A stretch of DNA of 61,112 bases from a virus. Lineage: Duplodnaviria > Caudoviricetes. Shown piece after piece: positions 1-10,849 of this stretch (positions within the stretch are counted from its first letter, which is position 1; the number at the start of each line of letters is the position of its first letter). A program made the translations under genes and the position numbers. The stretch is taken from the IMG/VR virus record IMGVR_UViG_3300009514_000026, positions 1 through 61,112 of that record. One strand, given 5' to 3'. Below the pieces are notes generated by a model, which was not told the DNA's origin, ran no database searches, and worked only from the letters and a program-made list of their open reading frames with translations.

Positions 1-2
1 TA

Positions 3-116
3 GAAATAATAAATTATGGCAACATTTTCTTGGAAGACGTTTCCGCCACGGAATTGGGATTAAGTAACTCGGCGATAAATATTACTAGATTTGATCCAAC
101 AGGTATAGGAACTTAA
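3..116 (+). CDS. 3' end of an upstream gene (partial)
   Basis: Open frame from the window start to TAA at 114-116, immediately before the ATG at 119. Confidence 0.5.
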   Translation, partial: EIINYGNIFLEDVSATELGLSNSAINITRFDPTGIGT

Positions 117-118
117 TA

Positions 119-3100
119 ATGATAGTAAAAGGTATTGTAACGGGCGTTATTAGAAATGCAGAAACGGGCGAATTTAAGCGTTCATTTACGATTGAAAATA
201 ATGTAACCGATTATCAATTACAGCAAATGGCGAACTTTCCAACACTGGACGGTAGTTATAGATTTGGAACAAATATATTTATTTCTGGTGAAGTTGATAC
301 GATTAAATCATCTAGAGATTCTTATGTATACGATGTTTTTGAAGTAGGATTCGTGGAATCTGGTGTAACATCACCAACATATAATTATCCTACGTCTGAT
401 ACTGGATCGCCACAATTAGCAACTCCGCCTTTTATACAAATTCAACAGCGATTCAATCCTCCTACTGCTGATCGTACTATAACGATAATTGGTATAACTG
501 CTGATGCGCCAACAAGCACAAATATAGCAACATATAAACGTTCACTTGCACACGCATGGGTAACGTTAAGCCCTTATTGTATACAAACAACAACTGAAAC
601 GCTTGATGTTTTTTATCGTATACAATTTTTATATGAGTATGACATTGCTAATGGTGATATAAACCCATCAACTACTGCCATAGGTACAGAAAAATATTCT
701 GCGTATCTCGCAGCAATACGACTTATTCAAGGCTCTTATACTTATTTTTACAGAGCACATCATGTGTGGTCAGGAAGCAAATTAAATTATCGTAAAACGC
801 GATATAGTCATATAAGAGATCGTCATGATACATTTGGTAGATATGATGATTATCCAACTGCCAATCCATTTGCGCGTACTGCATATACGAGTATAATTAA
901 GGCTAAGTTACAGATGGATTATGATATTAGTTTCGAAATTGGTAAACTAGTAGGCGCTATTGCATATGGTCAAGATAATTCAGAATCAGCTAACACACTT
1001 GTCCATGATATTAGGAATATGATAGATTTGCCAGGTGGTGATTCGCCAATACAAAACGCATTTGGACACAGCACACTTGCTACAAGACCATTTTATGATT
1101 CTACACAAACACAATCAGGTACAGGAACATTTGCGCTTGATGGTTCGTCATGGACAAATCCAGATTGGCCCAAAATGTATCGTATTGAAATGATAACTGG
1201 TGGTGCTACTGGAACATCAACATATAGATTAAAAGTGCGTAATCATTTTGGATTCTATCAAAATTTCTATAAAGACCAAGAACGCATGATGATTCAAATG
1301 ACAACAGAGCATAGTACTACCAATTATGAAGGATTTGACATTGGTGCTGATGACGTTGTATGGCTAAATTATACATTTAATAATAAATGGGGATCGCTTG
1401 CAATAAATGCAAATGAAATTTGTGCCATAGATTTAACCACACAAACAGGAAAAAGAACACATGTTGATGTACAAACAAATTTTACAGCTACAAAGATTGG
1501 TGTAATTGCAATCAATCCAGATAATGGTGATTTATGGGTTCCTTGTAGAGAAACAGGTTTATACAAAGTTGTAGATCCAGAAAATGCACGCACAGTAACT
1601 AAGATAGCATTTCCAACAGGAACAGGTTCACCGACTGCCAGCCTTGATCGTTGTATAGCAGTTGCAATTACGCCAATTCCTGGCGGCTCGCCTATTACGC
1701 GCCGTATATGGGCAATATTTTCAGATATGGTCGGTGATCGTATCACTAATACAGCGGTTGGTTTATGGTATTCTGATAATGACGGTAGTACGTGGATACA
1801 AGATACAACATGGGACCCAACAGTTGCAACATATTGGTCAACGTATGTGGCTAATGGTAGAGTTAATGATATTTATTATATGATAGGCGATCCTTATCAT
1901 ATGGATGGTAGACTATTAATAGGATATAGTAGATACACTGTAGCCGCAAATGCCACATATGACCATATGTATGGTATGTGGCATGATGGTGTATCAGGGA
2001 CAACAGATGGACCACATCTTAATTATTTTTATCGTAATACACAATCTGGTGATTTCAATCGTGTTTCGCTTAATGATCCTAGAACTCTTGGACATCAATA
2101 TAGTGTTTCATCAAATCAAGGAAAATGGGGCGGAAAATATCTTTCTCAAAGTGCGAACAGCAGTCCTCAATACTTATATTATGGTTCTACAAGTGTTACG
2201 AAATATGCTTCTACCTGTCCAAATGCTTATCACCTGGGTTGGGCTGTCGATGATGTTGGCGATGATTCAATTATATACATTCGCGGCCACACGAATGGTG
2301 CTTATCTTGGTGTTTACAAAGATAATAATACTGTATATGAAGAACAGATTACAGATACACAAGAGGATTTTAGTGGTGAAGGTGGAACTATTAGAAGAAC
2401 CTTATTAAATTTAGGTGATGGTATTTTCTTTGGCCAAAAGGTTGCCAGTAGTGGTGGTTACTTTGGAATCGCAACATTATCAACACAACTTGCACCATTA
2501 GGACATGCGATTGATGATCTTAATGTCTGGACAGACTATGGTTGGAATGGTTCAAGTTGGGAAGAAGGACACGCAGGAAATAAATCTACACACACAACAG
2601 CACAAGAATTAGTTGATGGTGTCACTATTGAATTTGCAGACGCGGTAACAGATCCTGGTGGTGCAGGTAATTGGATTGCAACGGATTATTATACGTTTGG
2701 TGTAGTAGATGGTGTATGGTTAGATGGTTCAACAGAAGTTCACCATAAAACATCGTTATATTTTAAACCTGCTACAGAAGGCCAAACTGAAATAGAGGCT
2801 GCAACATTGCCTGCTATTACTAAATCGGTTGATCACACAGTAGGAAATACTGCATTTACTTATCAAAATACTTCTTCGAATTTCAATATAACAGATAATG
2901 GTAGATCTGCCTGGTATAGTGGTTCATGGGTTTTAAATGGTTTTAATGGTTATGCACAATCTAATGAATTTATTCCTGCTGCTAACATTGGAAATAATCC
3001 AAAGAATGATATTCATGCTGGAGTATATTGGTATTTCTCTAGTGAAAATGTTGTCAATATGCAGTTTATTGTAGGACTTAGTTCACAAACACGAATTGAC

Positions 3101-3754
3101 GATGTTGCGAGCTATGCTGGTATTAGAGAAGAATCACCAGAATATGCAATTCGTATTGATCCACCAACAAATGGTACTGCGGGTTATGTCGATATTAGCG
3201 CTGTTCATAGTGGTGTTGAACAAGCAAGAATTAATAATTTCTATTATAATGAAAACGGTTTATCGGGATCTACTTATTTTAGAATAATAATTAAGAAAGA
3301 TGGACATGTTAGATATACGTATTTCCAAGGTTCGCATGGTGAGATGGTTCTTTATGATACGTCATTGGGAAGTCCTGAACCAGCACCACCGATTACTTTG
3401 CCACATGAAAATTATTATGTGGATTATGCCACTTCTGGTAATAGTAGTTATGGGGGGTATGCAAATTTATATCTCTATGGTCTGACAGCGCCGGATTATT
3501 ATCTTGAATTGGGTACAGTAGGTAACTCAACAGGTTATTGGAATACGGATTTTTATGGTATTGATTATGAACAAGGGTTTGATATTAGTATTGCGGGTGT
3601 AGCAACACCTGTTAATGTTGGTAATAATGATACCACAGCAACATTAGCAACAGGCGAATATTCCATATTTCCGAATACGGGAATAATAAGATATAGTTCT
3701 GCTGACGTTGGTAAAGCGGTCTCAGTAACGTATACTGAATTAACAAATGAATAG
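119..3754 (+). CDS. Large virion structural / tail-associated protein
   Basis: 1211 aa, T/G/S/Y-rich beta-type composition, Asp-box-like SDNDGSTW motif; adjacent to a tail fibre-like gene. Confidence 0.6.
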   Translation: MIVKGIVTGVIRNAETGEFKRSFTIENNVTDYQLQQMANFPTLDGSYRFGTNIFISGEVDTIKSSRDSYVYDVFEVGFVESGVTSPTYNYPTSDTGSPQLATPPFIQIQQRFNPPTADRTITIIGITADAPTSTNIATYKRSLAHAWVTLSPYCIQTTTETLDVFYRIQFLYEYDIANGDINPSTTAIGTEKYSAYLAAIRLIQGSYTYFYRAHHVWSGSKLNYRKTRYSHIRDRHDTFGRYDDYPTANPFARTAYTSIIKAKLQMDYDISFEIGKLVGAIAYGQDNSESANTLVHDIRNMIDLPGGDSPIQNAFGHSTLATRPFYDSTQTQSGTGTFALDGSSWTNPDWPKMYRIEMITGGATGTSTYRLKVRNHFGFYQNFYKDQERMMIQMTTEHSTTNYEGFDIGADDVVWLNYTFNNKWGSLAINANEICAIDLTTQTGKRTHVDVQTNFTATKIGVIAINPDNGDLWVPCRETGLYKVVDPENARTVTKIAFPTGTGSPTASLDRCIAVAITPIPGGSPITRRIWAIFSDMVGDRITNTAVGLWYSDNDGSTWIQDTTWDPTVATYWSTYVANGRVNDIYYMIGDPYHMDGRLLIGYSRYTVAANATYDHMYGMWHDGVSGTTDGPHLNYFYRNTQSGDFNRVSLNDPRTLGHQYSVSSNQGKWGGKYLSQSANSSPQYLYYGSTSVTKYASTCPNAYHLGWAVDDVGDDSIIYIRGHTNGAYLGVYKDNNTVYEEQITDTQEDFSGEGGTIRRTLLNLGDGIFFGQKVASSGGYFGIATLSTQLAPLGHAIDDLNVWTDYGWNGSSWEEGHAGNKSTHTTAQELVDGVTIEFADAVTDPGGAGNWIATDYYTFGVVDGVWLDGSTEVHHKTSLYFKPATEGQTEIEAATLPAITKSVDHTVGNTAFTYQNTSSNFNITDNGRSAWYSGSWVLNGFNGYAQSNEFIPAANIGNNPKNDIHAGVYWYFSSENVVNMQFIVGLSSQTRIDDVASYAGIREESPEYAIRIDPPTNGTAGYVDISAVHSGVEQARINNFYYNENGLSGSTYFRIIIKKDGHVRYTYFQGSHGEMVLYDTSLGSPEPAPPITLPHENYYVDYATSGNSSYGGYANLYLYGLTAPDYYLELGTVGNSTGYWNTDFYGIDYEQGFDISIAGVATPVNVGNNDTTATLATGEYSIFPNTGIIRYSSADVGKAVSVTYTELTNE

Positions 3755-3765
3755 GGAAAATAAAA

Positions 3766-6700
3766 ATGGCACGTTTAACATTTAGACAAGGAATTATACG
3801 ACACGGAAGAAGCCCTGGCCAGTCATTCTTTTTACAACAGAATGGACAGTTTGTTGATCTCTTAATTTCGCCTGAGCAGACAATTATAGCTTTTGCTGAT
3901 GGCACAACAGATTACTTGTTTACAGAATCTGTTACCAACAATCAATTATGGGGACCATTTACTTTAACTGGACAAGATTATTGGTTGTATTGGGATATTG
4001 ACAGAATAACTGGTGTTCATACACATGGACATACTACACTTACGCCTGTCTATGGAACTACGGCACCAGCAACTCCTGTAAATGGACAAATGTGGTTTAA
4101 TACTAGTGCTATGAAAATGTACGAATATAATGGTGCATCATGGGTACAAGTTCTTCGTGTTTTTGCATGTAAGTACAGAAACAATCAATTCTTTTCGCCG
4201 GTTGATGGTGTTTCCATAGAAACAAATTTCACAGGAACACAAGTTGGATCTGCTGGTAATGTCACCAAGAATATTGGTTCATTAGTTTTTGATGCTTCAG
4301 GCAACCCAATTGTTAATCAATCTGGCCAGTTTTTCACTACAGAAGATGCATTTACAACAGGCATTCCAACCGGCGCATCATTAAAAGTTAATAATATTCT
4401 TATCCGTGCCCGAGCAACACAGAATATTGCAGCTTATCAAGTTGTTGTTTTTACTCAATATAATAAAATTAAGCGAGCCGCCCCATTTGATTTTCTTGAT
4501 AAGGTTTATGGTATAGTTGAAGAAGATATTTCAACTAATGCCAGTGGCAATGTTATCATGGAAGGTATAATATACAACCAATCATGGGACTTTTCTGATA
4601 GTATTAACTTTCCAGATATGAGTGGTAGTATCAATGACCCTATCTATATAACTTCATCCGGTACGCTTACTACAAATATTGCTTTGGCAATTCCTGGCCA
4701 AGTTCCGCTTGGCGCAATTATTGGACAACAATCTATTATATTTAATCCCGGCATATATGGCTATGGAACTGGTGGTGCCTCCGGAGATCATGGTTCGTTA
4801 ACAGGATTAGGTGACGATGATCATACACAATATCATAATGATACACGTGGCGACGCAAGATATTATACACAATCTATTGCTGATATATTATTTGCGCCAA
4901 TAGTACATGCGCACACAAAAGCAGATATTGCTGATTTTTCACATACACATATCGAAGCAGATATATCAAATTTAGATAAGTATACGCAGGCTCAAACCAA
5001 TGCATTATTAAATGCTAAAGTATCGAAATCTGGTGATACGATGACGGGGGCACTAACTTTACCAAGTGATCCTACTAGTGCATTACAGGCTGCTACGAAA
5101 CAATATGTTGATGCTATCGCAGCAGGCATTGCCGCCAAAGATTCAGTTGCTGTTGCAACAACTACCGACCTTAATGCTACGTATAGTGCCACTGGCGGCA
5201 CCGGCGGCACCGGTGAATTTACTGGTGTTGATATTACCAATCTTGATGGTGCGCTAGATGTTGCATATGATTTTATTTTAACATCGCGCGTTCTTGTTAA
5301 AAATCAAACAGATGCAAAACAAAATGGTATTTACATTATAACAGATCAAAGCAATCCATTATTGGCTACATTAGAACGTGCTCCAGATCATGACGGCGCA
5401 CCGGCCGCCGAAGTCTCGCCTGGTAACTTCACATTCATATCTGGTGGTACTGAACACGGTGGTTCAGGTTGGGTAATATTAGCAGGCACTGCAACAGGTC
5501 CAAGTGATATTATTATTCTTAATACAGATGATATGAATTGGGGACAGATATCTTCTGCTACTGCATATACAGCTGGAAACAATATTAATATTACTGGTGC
5601 TAATGTTATCAATGTTAAAGATGTTATTGATGGTGGTACGATAGATGCATTAACATGGAATGGGCATTCAGTAACTGTGTCTGGTTCTCCACTGCCGGCC
5701 GATAATCAAGTATTGTTGTTTAATTCTTCAACTACTGATTGGGAAAATGATTACTTACCACTTATTCGTAATTCAGATAACTCAAGCAATGTAACTATTA
5801 ATACCACGACTGGTGCCATTGGGGTTTTAACGCCAAGTACATTAAGTTTAAATAGTGCAGGTAATACTACTATTACTTCATCGCTTGCATTTAGTACGAA
5901 CAGTACAGGCAATACAACATTTACTGCTGGGACATCAAGTATACTTCTTAATAATACATCGGATATAACATTAACATCGGATAAAGTTATTATTAATCCA
6001 ACAGGAAATAACGGCATTGTTGTATTGAATAGTAATGGATTTACTTCTACTCTTACAACACCATTGCTTTCGGGAAATACTCAATTTGTATTGCCAGGAA
6101 ATACAGGTAGTTCAGGACAAGTTCTTTCTACTGATGGTACTGGTGTCACTTCTTGGATTACATCATCTGGAGGTGGTAGTGCATACTGTATTAAAGATGG
6201 TGATGGTGATACTTTTGTTTCTGTTGGTTTTGGTGCTTCACCAACATGTACTGATAGCGGTAGTAACCATATTCGTATTCAAGCAGGCGATCCACCAGCG
6301 TATGACACAGAAGGTGGTAACGTAGTAATACGATCTGGATTAGGAAATAATTTAGCATCTGGTACAATTACTTTAGAAGCTGCGCCAGGTGAAGGTGGTG
6401 CCTATCGAGGTGGTGATATTAATATACGTTCTGGTTCTGGCGATGGAAAAGACGGTGGGAGTATCCGAATAGAAAGTGGCGACGTTGTTGGTTATGGTAA
6501 TAGTGCAGGTCATGTATATGTCTATGCAGGCGACGGCGGTGGCGGCACGATGAACACAGCAGGCAATGTTATTATTCAAGGTGGTAGCCTGTACGCGCCC
6601 GACTATGGTTACAATGGTGGTAATGTTCATCTTCGAACCGCATATGGAAACATGATTACAGGTGATATTTATTTAGCACCTGGTGCGGCCGGCGGCGAAA

Positions 6701-7341
6701 CTTATGGAGGTCAAGGTTCTATCATAGTTCAAAGATTTGGTAGTGGTGGTTCTGAAAATCCAGATCTTAGATTTTATAATAAGACCTTGGATGGATTTGC
6801 TGCTATTATAGGACCAATAGGTCCTATTGATGATGGTAATTTTGAAGGATATCAATTAGAATTACCGAGATATTCTGCATTACTCAATGGACAAATATTA
6901 GCTGTTAATGATATAATTGAACGGATACCTGATGTATTTACTCACAAATTAGAATTTGTTGATGTACCATATGATCTTGCGGGACAAGGGTATGGTGCAC
7001 TTTCTGATGGTGATGTTATTTTGCGCTTTATTGCGAATAGATCTTTTGTTTTGCTTTCAGATTCTCATAGAGGTTATGCTGATACCGCGCCAACGGGCAC
7101 CGATGCAGTATTTACAGTAGAACGCAAAACTTGCGCAGCGTGTTCGCCCACTACATTAGGAACCATAACATTTACTGCTGGAAATCAAACACCAACGTTC
7201 TCGGGATTTTCAGATACTATAATCAGTGAAGCGCATATTGTTACTATAACTTGTACAACTGCAAGTGCAATTGAAGATGTGGCAATTACTTTAGGTGGAC
7301 GTATAGGTAATGATATATTGCCGCCACCACCAGAGTTATAA
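3766..7341 (+). CDS. Tail fibre / virion structural protein
   Basis: 1191 aa with phage fibre motifs (HGSLTGLGDDDHTQY, KSGDTMTGAL, AATKQYVD, RVLVKNQTDAKQNGIY) and Gly-rich GGNV/GGDI repeats. Confidence 0.7.
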   Translation: MARLTFRQGIIRHGRSPGQSFFLQQNGQFVDLLISPEQTIIAFADGTTDYLFTESVTNNQLWGPFTLTGQDYWLYWDIDRITGVHTHGHTTLTPVYGTTAPATPVNGQMWFNTSAMKMYEYNGASWVQVLRVFACKYRNNQFFSPVDGVSIETNFTGTQVGSAGNVTKNIGSLVFDASGNPIVNQSGQFFTTEDAFTTGIPTGASLKVNNILIRARATQNIAAYQVVVFTQYNKIKRAAPFDFLDKVYGIVEEDISTNASGNVIMEGIIYNQSWDFSDSINFPDMSGSINDPIYITSSGTLTTNIALAIPGQVPLGAIIGQQSIIFNPGIYGYGTGGASGDHGSLTGLGDDDHTQYHNDTRGDARYYTQSIADILFAPIVHAHTKADIADFSHTHIEADISNLDKYTQAQTNALLNAKVSKSGDTMTGALTLPSDPTSALQAATKQYVDAIAAGIAAKDSVAVATTTDLNATYSATGGTGGTGEFTGVDITNLDGALDVAYDFILTSRVLVKNQTDAKQNGIYIITDQSNPLLATLERAPDHDGAPAAEVSPGNFTFISGGTEHGGSGWVILAGTATGPSDIIILNTDDMNWGQISSATAYTAGNNINITGANVINVKDVIDGGTIDALTWNGHSVTVSGSPLPADNQVLLFNSSTTDWENDYLPLIRNSDNSSNVTINTTTGAIGVLTPSTLSLNSAGNTTITSSLAFSTNSTGNTTFTAGTSSILLNNTSDITLTSDKVIINPTGNNGIVVLNSNGFTSTLTTPLLSGNTQFVLPGNTGSSGQVLSTDGTGVTSWITSSGGGSAYCIKDGDGDTFVSVGFGASPTCTDSGSNHIRIQAGDPPAYDTEGGNVVIRSGLGNNLASGTITLEAAPGEGGAYRGGDINIRSGSGDGKDGGSIRIESGDVVGYGNSAGHVYVYAGDGGGGTMNTAGNVIIQGGSLYAPDYGYNGGNVHLRTAYGNMITGDIYLAPGAAGGETYGGQGSIIVQRFGSGGSENPDLRFYNKTLDGFAAIIGPIGPIDDGNFEGYQLELPRYSALLNGQILAVNDIIERIPDVFTHKLEFVDVPYDLAGQGYGALSDGDVILRFIANRSFVLLSDSHRGYADTAPTGTDAVFTVERKTCAACSPTTLGTITFTAGNQTPTFSGFSDTIISEAHIVTITCTTASAIEDVAITLGGRIGNDILPPPPEL

Positions 7342-7347
7342 ATATAG

Positions 7348-7376
7348 TTGACAAGAAGCATACAATAGTGTATGCT
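7348..7376 (+). promoter_or_regulatory. Sigma70-type promoter for the gp32-uvsX unit, overlapped by an inverted repeat
   Basis: TTGACA-17 nt-TATGCT; AAGAAGCATAC/GTATGCTTCTT arms at 7353-7380. Confidence 0.55.
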
Positions 7377-7467
7377 TCTTTCCATTGATGGGCAATGAAT
7401 AAAATAACCCATTATATAACCATTAGACGCGAAAGCATAATAATAAGAAATGAAGGAGATGTGAATA

Positions 7468-8328
7468 ATGGCACTTTCATTAGAGCAGCTTACCGCTGCA
7501 TTCAAAAAACAAGACACAACGGAATCTCGTCCAAACAACTACTACCGCTTTTGGGATATGAAAATCGGCGAACAAGCAATTGTACGCTTCCTACCTGATG
7601 CAAACAAAGAAAACCCACTTGGTTTTATGGTTGAAAAACTGATGCACACATTGGAAATCAATGGTGAAACTAAGTCTATTCCTTGCTTGAAAATGTATGG
7701 TGAAGAATGTCCTATTTGTAAGGTATCTTCAGCTTACTACAAAGATGAAGGTAAAGATAGTCCTAACGGTAAGAAATACTGGAGAAAGAAACAGCATATT
7801 GTTCAGGCTCTTATCGTAGAAGATCCACTTGCACCTGATTCTGAAACTGGTGAAAACAGTGAAGGTAAAGTTAAGTTCCTTAATATGGGTTACCAACTTT
7901 ACAGTGTAATCAAGGAAGCTTTCGAAAGTGGTGAACTTGATGACATTCCATACCTTTACGAAGGTGGTTGTGATTTTATTATCAAGAAAACTGACCTTGG
8001 TGGTCGTCCTAAGTATGACGTTGGTTCTAAATTTGCCCGTCGTTCTTCTGACCTTACACCAGATGAAGTAGAAGTAGCAGAAGACGAAATGGTAGACTTG
8101 TCTACGCTTCTTCCTGCAAATCCAGGTTTGGAAAAAGTAGAAACTATGCTTGAAGCAGCACTGACTGGTGCTAGTTATGAAGATGATTCAACTGGCGAAC
8201 CTGCGCCTGCGGCAACTGCATCAACATCAGTAGCTGAATCTAAATCAAAAGAATCCACCGAATTTGATGAAGAGTCTGACGACATTCTTGCGATTATCCG
8301 TAACCGTAAAAATAAATCTGCTGAATAA
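7468..8328 (+). CDS. Single-stranded DNA-binding protein (T4 gp32-like)
   Basis: AIVRFLP motif, zinc ligands (H...C...CPIC), acidic C-terminal tail, GGAG SD. Confidence 0.88.
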   Translation: MALSLEQLTAAFKKQDTTESRPNNYYRFWDMKIGEQAIVRFLPDANKENPLGFMVEKLMHTLEINGETKSIPCLKMYGEECPICKVSSAYYKDEGKDSPNGKKYWRKKQHIVQALIVEDPLAPDSETGENSEGKVKFLNMGYQLYSVIKEAFESGELDDIPYLYEGGCDFIIKKTDLGGRPKYDVGSKFARRSSDLTPDEVEVAEDEMVDLSTLLPANPGLEKVETMLEAALTGASYEDDSTGEPAPAATASTSVAESKSKESTEFDEESDDILAIIRNRKNKSAE

Positions 8329-8339
8329 GGTGGTGTACC

Positions 8340-9431
8340 ATGGCAGATTTTCTTAAAGGTGTTACTAAAGACCTTGAGAAAGCCGGGTTTGACGTGGGGG
8401 CTTCCGAGCCTCCACGCTACTGGTTTTCAACAGGTAACTACGTAGTTAACAAAACTCTTGGTGGTAGTTATATGCGCGGAATTCCACAAGGCCGCGTAAC
8501 TGGTCTCGTTGGTGCATCTGGTACAGGCAAATCTTTTCTCGTATGTAATGCAATTCGTGAAGCACAGAAAGAAGGCGCTATTTGCGTAGTACTTGATTCT
8601 GAACACGCATTGGATGATGATTTCGTTAAAAAGATTGGTGTCGATCCTGATGATCCAAATTACATTTACGTTGACATAAAAACTATTCCAGAATGTAAAA
8701 AAGTCGTCAGTAAGTTTACTACAGGCTATAGTAAAGAATATGGGCGTGCACACGATGCACCTCGTATTGTTATCTTTATTGATAGTCTTCACATGTTAGT
8801 AACGGAAACCGAAGAGGATAACTACGCGAAAGGTGTTTCAAAAGGTGATCAAGGTCAACGCAGTAAACAAATCAAAGCAATGTTACGCGAATTCGTACAA
8901 GCCGTCAAACACTTGAATGTTTCGATTGTTGTAACCAATGATGTTTACAAGAATCAGGATGTTCTAAATGGTGAAGGCGTATGGATTGTAAATGATGCTA
9001 CCAAATTTTCCTTGTCCCATATTGCTTTGTTAAATAAACTTAAACTGAAAGATAAGAATGATTCTAAACGCGTTCTTGGGATCAAAATGAAGGTTGAAGG
9101 TTACAAGACAAGGTTCACACAACCTTTCCAAAGTGTTACGATTGAAATTCCTTATGAAACAGGAATGGACCCGTACAATGGACTGATTGATGTTGCCAAA
9201 AACTTAGGTATTTTGACGCAAAAAGGCGCGTATTATTACCTTCCAGACCAAGACAAGGGCTGGCAGATAAAAGACGGCTGGGATGCAAATAAAGCCAAAA
9301 TTTTGGAACTTTGTGAAGCAAAATGTGATGAGTTCTTGGATGCTGGCATAAGTGATGTTGACATTGACACAAGTGGTGGAAAGACTGCAAAATCCATGCG
9401 AGATGCTAAATTCTTGACTGAAGTAGACTAA
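8340..9431 (+). CDS. uvsX: RecA-like recombinase UvsX
   Basis: Walker A GASGTGKS, LDSEHALD, IFIDSL; follows gp32. Confidence 0.9.
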   Translation: MADFLKGVTKDLEKAGFDVGASEPPRYWFSTGNYVVNKTLGGSYMRGIPQGRVTGLVGASGTGKSFLVCNAIREAQKEGAICVVLDSEHALDDDFVKKIGVDPDDPNYIYVDIKTIPECKKVVSKFTTGYSKEYGRAHDAPRIVIFIDSLHMLVTETEEDNYAKGVSKGDQGQRSKQIKAMLREFVQAVKHLNVSIVVTNDVYKNQDVLNGEGVWIVNDATKFSLSHIALLNKLKLKDKNDSKRVLGIKMKVEGYKTRFTQPFQSVTIEIPYETGMDPYNGLIDVAKNLGILTQKGAYYYLPDQDKGWQIKDGWDANKAKILELCEAKCDEFLDAGISDVDIDTSGGKTAKSMRDAKFLTEVD

Positions 9432-9449
9432 TACCAATTAATTAGGGTA

Positions 9450-9478
9450 TTGACACAAGTAGCCATATATTGTATAAT
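9450..9478 (+). promoter_or_regulatory. Sigma70 consensus promoter embedded in a terminator-like hairpin
   Basis: TTGACA-17 nt-TATAAT; TAGCCATAT/ATATGGCTA arms followed by a T run. Confidence 0.65.
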
Positions 9479-9510
9479 ACTTCATATGGCTATTTTTTTA
9501 TGGAAATTAA

Positions 9511-10092
9511 ATGTTTACACATCAAATTAAAAGTTTAAGGTCAGTCCAAGACCTAATGAAAGATAACATGCTGGTTAAACACTATGCAGGTTCCCTTGCG
9601 TATGGGACAAACCTCCCTACGTCTGATGTGGATTTTCGTGGTGTATTCTGTGCCGATCCTGTTAATGTTCGTACACCGTTTTTCACTGTGCGCGAATGTG
9701 AAGATGTGGCCGAAGAAGATACCAAATTGTATGAACTAGCACATTTTATGAAACTGTGTGTAGAATGCAATCCTAATATTGTAGAGACACTTTACGTAGA
9801 TGACAGTGATATTACATTTAGAACGCCAGCATATGATTTGCTTCGTGAACATCGCCATAAATTATTATCTTCTAAAATTGCATTTACTACATCTGGGTAT
9901 GCAATATCACAGCTTTCGCGAATGAAAAATGCTAAAAAGCATGTAAATTATTTGCCAGATTTGATTAAATTATGTGAAATATTATCTATATCTTTAAAAG
10001 ACGGCAATATTGATAAAGAATTTATAATTAACAATTGTGGTGATATGGTATTAAGTTTTATGGAAGAAAAAGGATATTGTGATAAATGTTAA
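9511..10092 (+). CDS. Pol-beta-superfamily nucleotidyltransferase, N-terminal part (T4 NrdC.11-like)
   Basis: GSLAYGTNLPTSDVDFRG catalytic motif, NPNIVE, GYAISQL. Confidence 0.8.
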   Translation: MFTHQIKSLRSVQDLMKDNMLVKHYAGSLAYGTNLPTSDVDFRGVFCADPVNVRTPFFTVRECEDVAEEDTKLYELAHFMKLCVECNPNIVETLYVDDSDITFRTPAYDLLREHRHKLLSSKIAFTTSGYAISQLSRMKNAKKHVNYLPDLIKLCEILSISLKDGNIDKEFIINNCGDMVLSFMEEKGYCDKC

Positions 10093-10156
10093 TACGCACA
10101 TAAAACGAATTGGTGGTCATTATCAGATAAACAATATGAAAGATTGAGGAATAATT

Positions 10157-10849
10157 ATGTTGACATCATTAGATCAACTTTTTGAACTACATTCATTAAA
10201 TGGTGATGAAAGAATACGAATGAAGAAGGTTTGTAAACCATTACAATATGTTTTTATATCCTTGATACAATATTTTGGTAGCGACAAAATGTTAAAGTTG
10301 GATATAAAACAGTGGAATGATAATCATCGGTTAATACCATATGGTAACAATATTTATGGTGTATATGCTGTACATGGATATAAGATATTTAATAGTAATG
10401 GTTCATTAAATACTACATTTGATGGTAATCGTGCAGATTTTAATAATCCTATAATGATTGTTAAATTTAATAAAGAAGAATATAATATAGCAAAAGAAGA
10501 ATATGATAAATTTTGGCAATGGCGCAATAATAGAAATCCGACAAGAATGGCAATGGAAGAATCTTTTAATTTTGATGGAAAGCACGCTATGCATCTTGTA
10601 AGACTGTTGCGTATGGGAGTGGAAGCGCTTCGGGATGAAGAAATTGTAGTTAAGCGTCCCGATGCACTTGAATTGCTTGAAATTCGTGGTGGTGCCTGGA
10701 CATATGAAGAAATTGTTGCATACGCAGAAAAGATGGATAAAGAAGTTCGTGAGGTTTGGTATAAGAAAACCAATCTTCCAAAACGCCCAGATCTTAAATT
10801 TGCTGCAGCCTTATTGATGGACGTGCAGGATTTAGTTTGGAATGGTTAG
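10157..10849 (+). CDS. Nucleotidyltransferase C-terminal part (separate ORF)
   Basis: FDGKHAMHLVRLLRMG and LLEIRGG motifs typical of the C-terminus of the same family; own GAGGA SD. Confidence 0.75.
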   Translation: MLTSLDQLFELHSLNGDERIRMKKVCKPLQYVFISLIQYFGSDKMLKLDIKQWNDNHRLIPYGNNIYGVYAVHGYKIFNSNGSLNTTFDGNRADFNNPIMIVKFNKEEYNIAKEEYDKFWQWRNNRNPTRMAMEESFNFDGKHAMHLVRLLRMGVEALRDEEIVVKRPDALELLEIRGGAWTYEEIVAYAEKMDKEVREVWYKKTNLPKRPDLKFAAALLMDVQDLVWNG

